Part shown: positions 29,367 through 41,702 of the stretch, piece by piece
How positions within the stretch are numbered: position 1 is the first letter of the stretch
Layout of the letters: every line of letters begins with the position of its first letter
Assembly (NCBI GenBank): GCA_965243165.1
Contig: OZ251535.1
Span: forward strand, 1,602,246-1,666,245
DNA length: 64,000 nt
Direction of reading: 5' to 3'
Source: Candidatus Spongiisociaceae bacterium
GTDB taxonomy: Bacteria; Actinomycetota; Acidimicrobiia; Spongiisociales; Spongiisociaceae
Position numbers and translations under genes: made by a program
Notes under the pieces: model-generated
Seen by the model: only the letters and a program-made list of their open reading frames with translations
Told to the model about the DNA's origin: nothing
Databases searched by the model: none

Positions 29367-29409
29367 GCCCCCTAACTTGCCCTGCGGCTCTCGATTGAAG
29401 GAGGATTCC

Positions 29410-30543
29410 ATGACACACCGAAAGACGCGGCGCGCCCGCGCCGCCGCTTTCCTGGCTGCGGCTGCGCTGGCGGCCGCGGCCTGCGGAGGCGGGGGAACCG
29501 GAGGCGGGGTGACCACCATCGCCGTTACCGCCCCCCCGGCCGAGGCAGAGGCCGCCCCGGCGGCGGACAGCGGCTCGGACACCGCGTCCGGCGGCGGGGC
29601 GGAAGCGGCGGAGACGGCGGCCTCTTCCGGTGCGTCGGATGGGGGGGTGTTCGGTTTGGCGCCGGTCGATCCGTTGTCGGCGTCGGGGAATATCGCGGTT
29701 GCGGGTTCGTCTACGGTGTTTCCATTGGCGGAGTCGATGGCGGCCCGGTTCGAGGATGAGGGTTTTTCGGGGTTGGTGACCGTCGACTCGATTGGTTCGG
29801 GGGCCGGCTTCGAGCGGTTCTGCGTGGCCGGCGAGTCGGATGTCTCGAATGCTTCTCGTCCGATCAGGGACACCGAGGTGGAGTCGTGCGAGTCGATCGG
29901 CCGGACGCCGATCGAGTTCCGGGTGGGGACGGATGCGTTGGCGGTTACGGTGTCGCCGGGCAATACCTTTGCTGCGGATTTGACGGTGGAGGAGCTGGGG
30001 GTGTTGTTCTCGACGGCCGATGTTTGGTCCGATGTCCGGGCCGGGTTTCCTGCGAATCCGATCCAGCGCTTCATTCCGGGCACGGATTCGGGTACGTTCG
30101 ATTACTTCGTGGAGGAGATCTTCGATGAGGACGAGGGTCCGATCCTGGCGGCGGGGAATACGCAGCTGTCGGAGGACGACAACGTGTTGGTGCAGGGGAT
30201 CTCGGGTGACGGCTGCAACCCTTCTGACGCCTCGACGACGTGCGCCGTTGGTTTCTTCGGGTATGCGTACTACGCGGAGAACAGGGATCTGTTGTCGGTG
30301 TTGAGCATCGAGGGGGTCGAGCCGACTGCGGAGTCGGTGAATGCGAATACGTATCCGTTGGCCCGTCCGCTGTTCATGTATTCGACGGCGTCGATCATTG
30401 CGGAGAAGCCGCAGGTGGGCGCCTTCTTGAGCTTCGTGCTTCAGTTCGTGAACGAGGAGATCGGGGAGGTGGGTTACTTCCCGGCGCCTGATGCGGTGCT
30501 GCAGTCCGCCGCCGACGAACTCAAAGCCGCCGCCGGCGGCTGA
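29410..30543 (+). CDS. pstS: Phosphate ABC transporter substrate-binding lipoprotein PstS
   Basis: Lipobox AAAACGGG. Motif GSSTVFPL, conserved in PstS. gaaggagg RBS. Confidence 0.9.
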   Translation: MTHRKTRRARAAAFLAAAALAAAACGGGGTGGGVTTIAVTAPPAEAEAAPAADSGSDTASGGGAEAAETAASSGASDGGVFGLAPVDPLSASGNIAVAGSSTVFPLAESMAARFEDEGFSGLVTVDSIGSGAGFERFCVAGESDVSNASRPIRDTEVESCESIGRTPIEFRVGTDALAVTVSPGNTFAADLTVEELGVLFSTADVWSDVRAGFPANPIQRFIPGTDSGTFDYFVEEIFDEDEGPILAAGNTQLSEDDNVLVQGISGDGCNPSDASTTCAVGFFGYAYYAENRDLLSVLSIEGVEPTAESVNANTYPLARPLFMYSTASIIAEKPQVGAFLSFVLQFVNEEIGEVGYFPAPDAVLQSAADELKAAAGG

Positions 30544-30738
30544 TCGGGGAGCGGGCGGAACCGTCGGGAAAGCTTCTGCGAGCGGGGGGCCGGCGCCTCC
30601 CGGGCCCCCCGCTCCCGCTGTCTAGGATTCTGGGAAAGGAGGCCCGAAATCGCTGCTGCAGGAACGGAGGGCGCCGCCGCCGGGGCCGGGGCGCTCAGCC
30701 TTCGCCGGAGGCGCCGCCCCGGCGAGGCGGCGATTCGG

Positions 30739-31626
30739 GTGCTGCTGTTCGCGGCGGCGGCCGTTTCGATCCTCACCACGGTGGGCATCGTCTTCGAGCT
30801 GGGCAAGGAGGCCCTGCTTTTCTTCCGGTCGGAGGAGGCCTCCGTCGGGGAGTTCCTCACCTCCACCCGCTGGCAGCCGGCCATCCTCGACTTCGGCGTC
30901 TGGCCGCTGGTGCTGGCCACCTTGACCACTTCCGCAACGGCCATGGTGGTGGCGCTGCCCTGCGGGCTGGCCACCGCCGTCTATCTGAGCGAGTACGCCT
31001 CGCCCCGGGTGCGGGGGGTGATCAAACCGATCCTCGAGGTGCTCGCCGGCATCCCCACCGTGGTGTACGGCTACTTCGCCCTCACCTTCATGACCCCCCT
31101 GCTCCGCTCCGTCCTGGGGGCGGGCGTCGTGGAGATATTCAACACCGCCTCGGCGGGGATCGTGGTCGGCATTCTCATCATCCCGCTGGTCAGCTCCATG
31201 TCCGAGGACGCCCTGCATGCGGTTCCGATGCCGCTGCGGGAGGCTTCCTACGGGGTGGGGGCCACCAAGCTGGAGACCTCCCTCCGGGTGGTGCTGCCGG
31301 CCGCCCTGTCGGGCATCACCGCCGCTTGCGTGGTGTCGATCTCCCGGGCGGTAGGCGAGACCATGGTGGTGGCCATCGCGGCGGGGGCCGGACCCAAGAA
31401 CTTCACCTTCGGGGAGGACAGCCTGTTCGGCTACGTACTCAACCCGTTCGTGGCGGGGGAGACCATGACCGGCCACATCGTCCGCATCAGCGGCGGCGAC
31501 CTGAGCTACGACTCCATCGACTACAACTCGATCTTCGCCATCGGGCTGGCCCTGTTCGTCATCACCCTGGGCCTCAACGTGGTCAGCCGCCGGTTCGTGG
31601 CCCGCTTCCGGGAGGTGTACGAATGA
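30739..31626 (+). CDS. pstC: Phosphate ABC transporter permease PstC (start uncertain; probably an upstream non-ATG start)
   Basis: BPD_transp_1 EAA-like loop. 6 TM. The in-frame open region extends upstream to ~30620 without an ATG. Confidence 0.8.
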   Translation: MLLFAAAAVSILTTVGIVFELGKEALLFFRSEEASVGEFLTSTRWQPAILDFGVWPLVLATLTTSATAMVVALPCGLATAVYLSEYASPRVRGVIKPILEVLAGIPTVVYGYFALTFMTPLLRSVLGAGVVEIFNTASAGIVVGILIIPLVSSMSEDALHAVPMPLREASYGVGATKLETSLRVVLPAALSGITAACVVSISRAVGETMVVAIAAGAGPKNFTFGEDSLFGYVLNPFVAGETMTGHIVRISGGDLSYDSIDYNSIFAIGLALFVITLGLNVVSRRFVARFREVYE

Positions 31627-32990
31627 CCCCCCGCCCCCCGGACGCCCGGGAAGGCGCGCCGGAGCTGTTCGCATCCTCTCCTCAGATGATGCGCCGCCGC
31701 CGGAAGGGCGCGGCCGTCAAGTTCGTCCTGCTGCTGGCGCTCATGGCGGCGGTGGCGGCATTGGTCACCCTCATCATCACCGTGGTCAACAGCTCGTTCG
31801 GGCTGGCGGCGGTGGAGAACTCCCGGTCCCCCTCCGAGCTGGCCGCCGGCCTGGGGCATCCGGAGGGGACCGCGCTCGACTCGCTCGGCAAAGAGGACCT
31901 GACGGCGCTCCTGGAAGCCGAGATCTCCAACAACCTGGGGCGGCGCTTCGAGCGGGAGCAGCGCTTCTTCGACGACCGGCTGGTCTTCGAGGACATCTAT
32001 GCGTTCAACGAACTGTGCATGTCGGAGGCGCCGCCCCCCGCCTGCAGTCTTCCGGCCCGGAGCAGAGAGCAGGTGTACGAGCTGGTGGTGGAGCGGGTGG
32101 TGGAGCCCGCCGTCGTCGGCGCCTGGTCGCTCATCGACTCGGTGTTCGACCGGCGCGGAATCGAAGCCGAGGCCGCCGCCGAACACCCGGAAGCCGAGCT
32201 GGCCTTCCGGTCCTGGATTTCCTGGGACTTCATCAGCAGCCCGCAGTCCCCTGATCCGGCCGCCGCCGGCATCCGCACCGCCCTGTTGGGTTCCCTGTGG
32301 GTGGTGCTGATAACCCTGATCTTCTCCTTCCCGATCGGGGTGGGCGCCGCCATCTACCTGGAGGAGTACGCCAAGGAGAACCGCCTCAACTCGATCATCC
32401 AGACCAACATCAACAATCTGGCGGGCGTTCCCTCGATCATCTACGGCATGCTGGGCCTGGCCATATTCGTGCGGACCCTGGAGGTGTTCACCAGCGGCTC
32501 TTTCCTCGGCGGGGGAGGGGGCGCCACCGCCAACGGGCGCACCATCGTCTCGGCCGGCCTCACCCTCGGCCTGCTGATCCTGCCGCTGATCATCATCAAC
32601 GCCCAAGAGGCGATCCGGGCGGTTCCGGGTTCCCTTCGGCAGGCCGGAATGGCGCTGGGTTCCACCAAATGGCAGACGGTGCGGGCGCATGTGCTCCCCA
32701 ACGCCCTGCCCGGCATCCTCACCGGCACCATCCTGGCGGTGGCCCGGGCGCTGGGCGAGACGGCGCCGCTGGTGGTGGTGGGGGCGTCCACCTTCATCAC
32801 TGCCGACCCCGCCGGCCCCTTCTCGAAGTTCACGGCGCTGCCCATCCAGATCTACCAGTGGACCAGCCGGCCCCAGGATGAGTTCCGCAACATCGCCGCC
32901 GCCGCGATAATCGTCCTGCTGGTTCTGCTGTTGACGCTGAACGCGGCGGCGGTGCTGCTCAGGAATCGTTATTCTCGGAGGACGGCATGA
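31623..32990 (+). CDS. pstA: Phosphate ABC transporter permease PstA (long form with a large periplasmic loop)
   Basis: The ATG overlaps the pstC stop. C-terminal permease core ...[18 protein letters not shown]... Confidence 0.85.
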   Translation: MTPRPPDAREGAPELFASSPQMMRRRRKGAAVKFVLLLALMAAVAALVTLIITVVNSSFGLAAVENSRSPSELAAGLGHPEGTALDSLGKEDLTALLEAEISNNLGRRFEREQRFFDDRLVFEDIYAFNELCMSEAPPPACSLPARSREQVYELVVERVVEPAVVGAWSLIDSVFDRRGIEAEAAAEHPEAELAFRSWISWDFISSPQSPDPAAAGIRTALLGSLWVVLITLIFSFPIGVGAAIYLEEYAKENRLNSIIQTNINNLAGVPSIIYGMLGLAIFVRTLEVFTSGSFLGGGGGATANGRTIVSAGLTLGLLILPLIIINAQEAIRAVPGSLRQAGMALGSTKWQTVRAHVLPNALPGILTGTILAVARALGETAPLVVVGASTFITADPAGPFSKFTALPIQIYQWTSRPQDEFRNIAAAAIIVLLVLLLTLNAAAVLLRNRYSRRTA

Positions 32991-33835
32991 CGATGGAAGA
33001 GACTCGGACGGCGGTCGGGGCGATGACAGAACAGACCCTTCCCAGAGGCGCCGAAATGGATTCCGCCTCCGGCGCCTTCGTCATGGAAACCGAGCGCCTC
33101 GACGTCTACTACCAGCGGTTCCGAGCGCTCAAGGACGTAACGCTGTCCTTCCGCGACCGTCAGATCACCGCCCTGATCGGACCTTCCGGCTGCGGCAAGA
33201 GCACCCTGCTGAGAACCCTCAACCGCATGAACGACTTGGTGCCCACCGCCCGAATGGAGGGGGAGGTCAGGTTCCACGGCCAGAACATCTTCGATGAATC
33301 GGTCGATCCGGTGGAGCTGCGCCGCCGGGTGGGGATGGTGTTCCAGAAGCCCAATCCGTTTCCCAAGAGCATCTACCAGAACGTGGCGTGGGGGGCCAAG
33401 ATCAACGGGGTGAAGGACGGCCTCGGCGATCTGGTCGAGCATTCCCTCCGCCAGGCGGCCCTGTGGGACGAGGTGAAAGACAAGCTGGACGAGAGCGGGT
33501 ACTCCCTGTCGGGCGGCCAGCAGCAGCGGTTGTGCATCGCCCGCGCCATCGCCGTCAAGCCGGAGATCATCCTCATGGACGAGCCCACCTCGGCGCTCGA
33601 CCCGGTGGCCACCCTGCGCATCGAAGAGCTCATCCAGGAGCTCAAGGTCGAATACACGATCATCATCGTCACCCACAACATGCAGCAGGCCGCCCGCGCC
33701 TCCGACTACACCGTGTTCCTCAACATGGACCGCGACCGGGCCGGATACGTGGTGGAGTCCGGTTCGACCAACACGCTGTTCACCAACCCCGCCAGGGCCG
33801 AGACCGAGGACTACATCACCGGGCGGTTCGGATGA
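32987..33835 (+). CDS. pstB: Phosphate import ATP-binding protein PstB
   Basis: Walker [10 protein letters not shown]. Signature [14 protein letters not shown]. Walker [16 protein letters not shown] overlap with pstA. Confidence 0.95.
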   Translation: MTMEETRTAVGAMTEQTLPRGAEMDSASGAFVMETERLDVYYQRFRALKDVTLSFRDRQITALIGPSGCGKSTLLRTLNRMNDLVPTARMEGEVRFHGQNIFDESVDPVELRRRVGMVFQKPNPFPKSIYQNVAWGAKINGVKDGLGDLVEHSLRQAALWDEVKDKLDESGYSLSGGQQQRLCIARAIAVKPEIILMDEPTSALDPVATLRIEELIQELKVEYTIIIVTHNMQQAARASDYTVFLNMDRDRAGYVVESGSTNTLFTNPARAETEDYITGRFG

Positions 33836-34517
33836 CCGAGTTCCGCAGCCAGTTCCACGCCGAGCTCAACGAGATGGAGGTGCTGCTGCTCGACATGGCC
33901 GAGCTGGCCGAGCGCCAGATCGTGGACGCGGTGGAATCCCTCCTCAAGGGGGACGCCGAGGCGGCCCGCCGGGTGCGGAGCGGCGACCGTCAGATCGACC
34001 AGATGTACGTGGCGGTGGAGCGGCGCTGGCACGAGATCATGGCGCGCCAGACGCCGGTGGCTTCGGATCTCCGCCTCATGTCGCTCATCCTCCAGGCCGG
34101 CCACAGCCTGGAGCGGATGGGGGATCAGGCCTCCAACATCGCCTACATCACGGAGGTAACCGACGGCCTGCCGCAGAACGCCACCATCCTCCTGCATATC
34201 CGGGAGATGCGGTCGGTCGTGGTGCCGATGCTGCAGACCGCCATGGAGTCGCTGATCAAGCGGGACCTGAACCTGGCGCTGCGCCTCCCGGAGATGGACG
34301 ACCCGGCCGATTGGCTCAACCGCAACATCTGGAAGGAGGTGGCGGCCTGCGGCCCCGACCCCGACCTGCTCGAATGGGCGGTGCAGATGATCCTGGCGGC
34401 GAGGGCGCTGGAACGGGTGGGGGACCGGGCGGTCGACATCGGGGAGCAGGTGGCCTTTCTGCTGACCGGGGAGTTCCGAGAGTTTCCGGAGGGCTGGATG
34501 ACGATGCAGCAGCCGCG

Positions 34518-34521
<4 letters not shown>
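33832..34521 (+). CDS. phoU: Phosphate signalling complex protein PhoU
   Basis: Two PhoU repeats (E..M...A......D....A..V...D..ID). ATGA overlap with pstB. Confidence 0.9.
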
Positions 34522-35236
<715 letters not shown>

Positions 35237-35240
<4 letters not shown>

Positions 35241-36481
35241 TCAGGGTTGACAGGTTCCGGGAAGCGGCGGGCCGGAACGTTCTCAGGTGGATCTGCCCCC
35301 CCGCCTTGCTGCTGGCGGGTCTGGCGGCTCTCTCGGGGCCGGCGCCCTGGCCCTGGATAGGCGGTTCGGCGGCTCTGGCGGGCGCCGGGGCGTGGTTGTG
35401 GGCCGGCCGCCTCGGACGCCGGGCGGAGGCAGAGGCCGGGCGGCGCATCGGCGAGCTGAACGCCGTCAACGCCCGGCTGGCGGACGGAGAGAAGCTGCAC
35501 GCCGCCCTCCTGGAGTCGCTGCCGGTGGGGGTGATGGCGGTGGGCGCCGAACGGCCGGTGTACGCCAACCGGACGGCGGTCGATTTCCTGGGGGGGCGGG
35601 TGACCGAAACGGGGACGCCGCTGCCGGCCGCGGTCCGTTCCGTTACCGCCGAGGCCCGCCGGGGCCGGGCCTCCTCGGGGCAGTTCGTTCAGGGCCTCCC
35701 CCGCCGCATCATCGAGGTGTCGGCCCATCCGCCGGACGGGGGGGGAGGCGGCGCCGGCCTGATCATGATCCACCTGGTCGACGTAACCGAGCGCCGGGAG
35801 ACCGACCGGATACGGCAGGACTTCGCAGCGGCCGCCTCCCACGAGCTCAAGACCCCGGCGGCGGCCGTCCGGGCGGCGGCCGAGACGGTGCTGACGGCCT
35901 TGGAGGACGACCCGGAAGTGGCGCTGGACTTCGCAGGGCGCATCCTCGACAACGCGGTCCGCATGTCCCGGATCGTCAACGACCTGCTGGACCTGTCCCG
36001 CCTCGAATCCGGCGCCCTGAAGGAAGAGCCTTTCGATCTGGCCGACGTGCTCGGCGAAGAGGCGCAGCGCTTCGGCGGCGCCAGCCCGGCGGTCGAGTTC
36101 GGGGCCGACCCCACCCCCATGCTGGGCAACCCCTCCGACATGGCCCTCGCTTTCAGGAACCTGCTGGAGAACGCCGTCCGCAACACCCCCGGCAACGGCT
36201 GGGTGAGAGCCTCGGTGGGTTCGGAGAACGGCGAGGCCCGGGTGGAGGTGTCCGACAACGGCGCTGGCATCCCCGCCGCCGACCTACCCCGCATCTTCGA
36301 ACGCTTCTACCGGGTGGACGAAGCCCGCTCCCGCGCCGCCGGCGGCACCGGCCTGGGCCTGGCCATAGTCAAACATGTAGCCGATCTGCACCGAGGCCGG
36401 GTGGAGGCGGAAAGCCGCCTGGGAGAAGGCTCCACCTTCCGGATCTGCGTGCCGGTCATACCGCCCGGCCCCGCCGGCTGA
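35237..36481 (+). CDS. Sensor histidine kinase (SenX3/PhoR-like)
   Basis: N-terminal TM. H-box ASHELKTP. N/G boxes NLLENAVRNT...DNGAGIP...GTGLGLAIV. ATGA overlap with the RR gene. Confidence 0.85.
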
Positions 36482-36490
36482 GATAAAGAC

Positions 36491-37123
36491 TTACGGTCGA
36501 CGGACGGGCCTTTCCGCCGCCTGCCGCTCGGGTCTGCGGGCCAAAGCGCCGGCAAGGCGGTCGGCGAGGGCCTGCTCGCCGATGCTGCGCAGCTGTTCCG
36601 ACAGCTCCGGCCGCGACTTCGGGAAGACACCCGCCTTGCTGAGCGCGGCGCGGGCCAGATGCGTCAACATGGAGATCCGGAGCTCCGCGGCGGCGTCGAG
36701 GTCGCCGATGGACAGCATTTCGTCGTAGAGGGTTCGAGTCCTGTCTGCGCCGGCCCGCGCCTCGACTGCGGACGGCGGCGTGAGGCGGTCGTTCCAGTCG
36801 GCGCACAGCCGCGTCCACCAGGCGTCCCGCTCGAACAGCGCGTGACCGTACCGCACGGTCCAGGAAAGGTAGTCGTCTCCGGCCGCCAATTTCTGTAAGA
36901 CTGCGGCCTGCTCGTACAACCGCAGATCCACATCGATCGGCCTCCTCCTCAAGTCGGGCGGGTGGTTCCGGTACACCATCACGAGGTCGAGGTCGTCGCT
37001 GTACTCCACGTCCCGCACGGCGGAGCCGGAAGCGACGACCGCCGTTGCCGCTTCGTTGCTTCTCGCGGTCCGCACTGCCTGAAGCGTCCATTCCCGAGCT
37101 TCTCCGCTGGACCATGAACGCAC
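36491..37123 (-). CDS. Nucleotidyltransferase (MNT-fold) protein, possibly fused to a HEPN-like C terminus
   Basis: Minimal NTase motif GSAVRDVEYSDDLDLVMVY. The C-terminal half is alpha-helical with an Rx5H-like RISMLTH. GTG start at 37123 inferred. Embedded in a longer artefactual ORF. Confidence 0.5.
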   Translation of the reverse strand: MRSWSSGEAREWTLQAVRTARSNEAATAVVASGSAVRDVEYSDDLDLVMVYRNHPPDLRRRPIDVDLRLYEQAAVLQKLAAGDDYLSWTVRYGHALFERDAWWTRLCADWNDRLTPPSAVEARAGADRTRTLYDEMLSIGDLDAAAELRISMLTHLARAALSKAGVFPKSRPELSEQLRSIGEQALADRLAGALARRPERQAAERPVRRP

Positions 37124-37167
37124 CGCGCCGAGTGAGAAACCCGCGGTGCGCGGCCCTACCAACTGCC

Positions 37168-38526
<1,359 letters not shown>

Positions 38527-38696
38527 CGAATAACCGGCGCTGGCGAGGGGAATGGCGGTTCTCCTTGCGTAGAGGAAGTCGGGCGGCCATGCAGGTTAGC
38601 CTGCGATACTCTGGTTGCACCCTTCGCGCTCCGACGCCCCTGCTGCCGGTGCACCGGAGCGGCGGGCAATCGGGAAGGAGCGCGGGAGAAGCGCCG

Positions 38697-40439
38697 ATGG
38701 TGAGCAACTTGGAGCTGGCCGCCCTGTTCGGGGAGATGGCCGCGCTCACCAAGATCGCCGACGGCAGCGCCCAGTCCTTCCGGGCGCGCGCCTACGAGGC
38801 CGCCGCCAAGACCATCGAGGGGCTGTCCGCCAAGGCGGCGGAACTGTCTGCGGCCGAGCTGAAGAAACTGCCGGGCATCGGCGGCGCCACCGCCGCCAAG
38901 ATCCGCGAGTACGCCGATTCGGGGCGGATCGCCAAGCTGGAACAGCTGCGGGAGGAGTTCCCGCCGGACTTCCGGGCGCTGGTGAACGTCCCCGGCCTCG
39001 GTCCGAAGCGGGCGGTGCAGCTGCGGAACGAGCTGGGGGTGGGCTCCGCCGAGGAACTGGCGGCGGCCCTCGAAGCGGGGGCGGTGCGGGAGCTGGCGGG
39101 CTTCGGCGAACGGATGGAAGCCAACCTGCGGCGGGCCATGCAGCGGCTGGGCATGTCCGGCAAAGAGCGCCGCACTCCGATCCTGACCGCCATGCGCGAG
39201 GCGGAATGGCTGTTGGCCGAGGTGCGGGCGCTGCCGGGGGTGGAGGCCGCCGCCTACTGCGGGAGCCTGCGGCGTTTCCGGGACACGGTGGCCGACCTCG
39301 ACATCCTGGTGGGGACCTCCGATTCGGGGGCGGTGGCCGAGCGGCTGGTGAACCTGGGGTGGATCCGCCGGGTGATCGCCTCGGGGGGCACCAAGACCTC
39401 GGTGGTGAGCCAGTCGGGCCTCCAGGTGGACGTGCGGATGGTGCCGATGCGCCGGTGGGGGGCGGCGGTCCTGTATTTCACCGGTTCGCAGGCCCACAAC
39501 ATCCGGCTGCGCCGTCTGGCCATCCAGCGGGGGTGGACGCTCAACGAATACGCCCTGTCCGACGCCGGCGCCGGGGTGGAGATCGCGGCGCAGACCGAGG
39601 AGGAGATCTACGCGGCGCTGGGGCTGCCGTGGATTCCGCCCGCCATCCGGGAGGACCGGGGGGAGATCGAGGCGGGGCTGGGGGGCGGGCTGCCCGGCTT
39701 GGTGACGGACGGGGACCTGCGGGGCGATCTGCACGTCCACACCGACCTGTCGGGGGACGGGGACGATTCCCTGGAGGCGGTGCTGGCGGCGGCGGCGGAG
39801 ATGGGCTTGGATTACATCGCCGTTACCGACCACGCCGAGAACCTGGCCGTCAACGGAGCAAGCCGGGGGGAGATGCTGGCCCAGCGGCGGCGGATCGCTT
39901 CCCTCCAAGAGGAATATCCGGGGATGCGGATACTGCATGGAGTGGAGCTGAACATCGCTCCGGACGGCTCGCTCGACTACGACCGCGATTTCCTGATGGG
40001 ATACGACTGGTGCGTCGCCTCGGTGCACAGCCACTTCGACCTGGCAGCCGCCGAGCAGACCGAACGGCTGGCGGCGGCGGTGAGGCATCCGGCGGTGAAT
40101 GCGGTCGGCCATCTGCTGGGGCGGCGGATCGGGCGGAGGCCCGGCATCGAAGTGGACGTGGAGGCGGTGCTCGACGCCGCCGAGGCGACCGGTACGGCCA
40201 TCGAGATCAATTCCCACCTCGACCGGCTCGACGCCCCCGTGGAGGTGCTGTGGCAGGCGAGGCGCCGCCCCGGCGTCCGCTTCGTCATCTCCACCGACGC
40301 CCACCGGGTCGGCGAGCTGGCCCAGTCCAAATGGGGTGTGCTGCAGGCCCAGCGGGGATGGGTGGAAAAAGACAGAATCGCCAACACCTGGCCGGCCGAG
40401 CAGTTTCTGGACTGGGTTCGGGAGGTTCGAGGGGGATGA
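38697..40439 (+). CDS. polX: DNA polymerase/3'-5' exonuclease PolX (Pol beta-like domain + PHP domain)
   Basis: HhH motifs (LPGIGGATAAKI, VPGLGPKRAVQL). Pol X palm. C-terminal PHP motifs HVHTDLSGDG...HAEN... Confidence 0.85.
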   Translation: MVSNLELAALFGEMAALTKIADGSAQSFRARAYEAAAKTIEGLSAKAAELSAAELKKLPGIGGATAAKIREYADSGRIAKLEQLREEFPPDFRALVNVPGLGPKRAVQLRNELGVGSAEELAAALEAGAVRELAGFGERMEANLRRAMQRLGMSGKERRTPILTAMREAEWLLAEVRALPGVEAAAYCGSLRRFRDTVADLDILVGTSDSGAVAERLVNLGWIRRVIASGGTKTSVVSQSGLQVDVRMVPMRRWGAAVLYFTGSQAHNIRLRRLAIQRGWTLNEYALSDAGAGVEIAAQTEEEIYAALGLPWIPPAIREDRGEIEAGLGGGLPGLVTDGDLRGDLHVHTDLSGDGDDSLEAVLAAAAEMGLDYIAVTDHAENLAVNGASRGEMLAQRRRIASLQEEYPGMRILHGVELNIAPDGSLDYDRDFLMGYDWCVASVHSHFDLAAAEQTERLAAAVRHPAVNAVGHLLGRRIGRRPGIEVDVEAVLDAAEATGTAIEINSHLDRLDAPVEVLWQARRRPGVRFVISTDAHRVGELAQSKWGVLQAQRGWVEKDRIANTWPAEQFLDWVREVRGG

Positions 40440-40454
40440 TTCCATCCAGTCAGG

Positions 40455-41702
40455 TCAGTAGAGGTGTCCTTCGAGGCCGAGCAGCCATAGGGTGAGGATG
40501 GTGAGGGCGAGGCCGGCTGCGGCGCAGATCGTCCAGTCGATCAGGCGGGCGGCGAGTCTTCTGCCGGTTTTGGCGGGCGGGCGGGTGGTGTTGCGGTTTG
40601 GTTGGCGGGGGTGGTCTGGGGTGACGGCGGTGCGGGTGATTTGGTCGTGCCAGCCGCGTCGTTGGGTGTTGAAGAGGGGGGAGGCGGCGGTGAGGAGGAA
40701 GATGGGTATTCCGGCTAGGGGGATGAGGAGGGGGAGGTGGAGGGCGGCCCATCTGGCGGTTGTGCGGGTCCATCGGGGGGTTTGTCTGCCGGGGGTGCGG
40801 ATGGTTTGGATTCGGGTGAGGCGTTTGCCGATCGTTCGTCCGAGGGCGGCGGTTGTCAGGGTTTCGTAGAGGAGGAAGGGCGCCAGGAACAGACCGGCTG
40901 CGGCCGGGTAGGCGAGGAGGATGAAGGCCAAGAGGTCGACTCCGTTCGTATCGCTTCCGGTGTCTTCGTCGTTGCCGCCGAGGCCGGTCCGCATCAGGAG
41001 TTGTTCCAGCAGCGGGTTGAGGACTGTGATGCTCACGTCGTTTGTGGTTCCGTCTCTTCCCGCCGGGATGCCGGCGCGGATGCGGTCCAGCAGGTCCGCT
41101 TTCTTGGCGGGGGTGTCGACCACATCATGGAGTGCGACGGCAACTTCGATCTGTCCGGTTGTGATGTCTGGGGAAGACGTTATACCTGTTACCTCTTCGT
41201 AGCCGGATATGATGTCGTGAACGATCTGATGGCGTTTGGTGAGGCCTGCTTCGGTGAATCCCCGGTTTTCGATGATTCGGATGTCACGCGGGAAGGCTCG
41301 GACGGCTTCAACTGCCTCGGCGGGCGCTGTTCCGGTGAAGGATACAAACCCATTCACGCCGTCTTCGATCCAAGAACCTGTAAAGTCTTCCGGAAACTTT
41401 TCCCTGATTTGGTTGACCAAATAGCCGAACGGGCTTTGCCAGGCGTAATTCTCGATTGCTTCTTCGAGCGAGATGCCTTCCTGTTCTGCCAGAAATTCCA
41501 GGTCGCGGCAACGTTCTCCTGGAATTATTCCGGCGGCCAGCTGTTCGATTGGGTCCACTTTGGTCAGGGTGGTGGTAGTGACCAGAGTTCCGTATACGGG
41601 TGTACAGGTCCATGCGTTGCCGGCAGTCGGCATTGTGAGCAGGGATACCGCCAGCATTCCCAGCATCCACCCTGCCAGTGAGCTGCGCGTTCGGGTTGTC
41701 AT
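40455..41702 (-). CDS. Membrane protein with an N-terminal secreted domain homologous to the S1 protease pro-region, fused to a C-terminal RDD-family membrane domain (cassette A, gene 3)
   Basis: Signal peptide MTTRTRSSLAGWMLGMLAVSLLTMPTAGNAW. Residues ~50-230 align with the pro-region of protease 42889-44223 (EQEGISLEEAIENYAWQ...AFPRDIRIIENRGFTEAGL). C terminus carries RDD motifs (LGRTIGKRL...RRGWHD). The ATG overlaps the upstream gene stop (ATGA). Confidence 0.75.
   Translation of the reverse strand: MTTRTRSSLAGWMLGMLAVSLLTMPTAGNAWTCTPVYGTLVTTTTLTKVDPIEQLAAGIIPGERCRDLEFLAEQEGISLEEAIENYAWQSPFGYLVNQIREKFPEDFTGSWIEDGVNGFVSFTGTAPAEAVEAVRAFPRDIRIIENRGFTEAGLTKRHQIVHDIISGYEEVTGITSSPDITTGQIEVAVALHDVVDTPAKKADLLDRIRAGIPAGRDGTTNDVSITVLNPLLEQLLMRTGLGGNDEDTGSDTNGVDLLAFILLAYPAAAGLFLAPFLLYETLTTAALGRTIGKRLTRIQTIRTPGRQTPRWTRTTARWAALHLPLLIPLAGIPIFLLTAASPLFNTQRRGWHDQITRTAVTPDHPRQPNRNTTRPPAKTGRRLAARLIDWTICAAAGLALTILTLWLLGLEGHLY

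Noticed and set aside
40450-40773. Proline/His-rich ORF MDPHNRQMGRPPPPP... and the identical N-terminal extension of ORF 47734..50880
   Set aside because: Both are alternative-frame read-through of the ~480-bp direct repeat (antisense/out of frame to the RDD-fusion gene 3' ends). The repeat explains why the same odd peptide appears twice.
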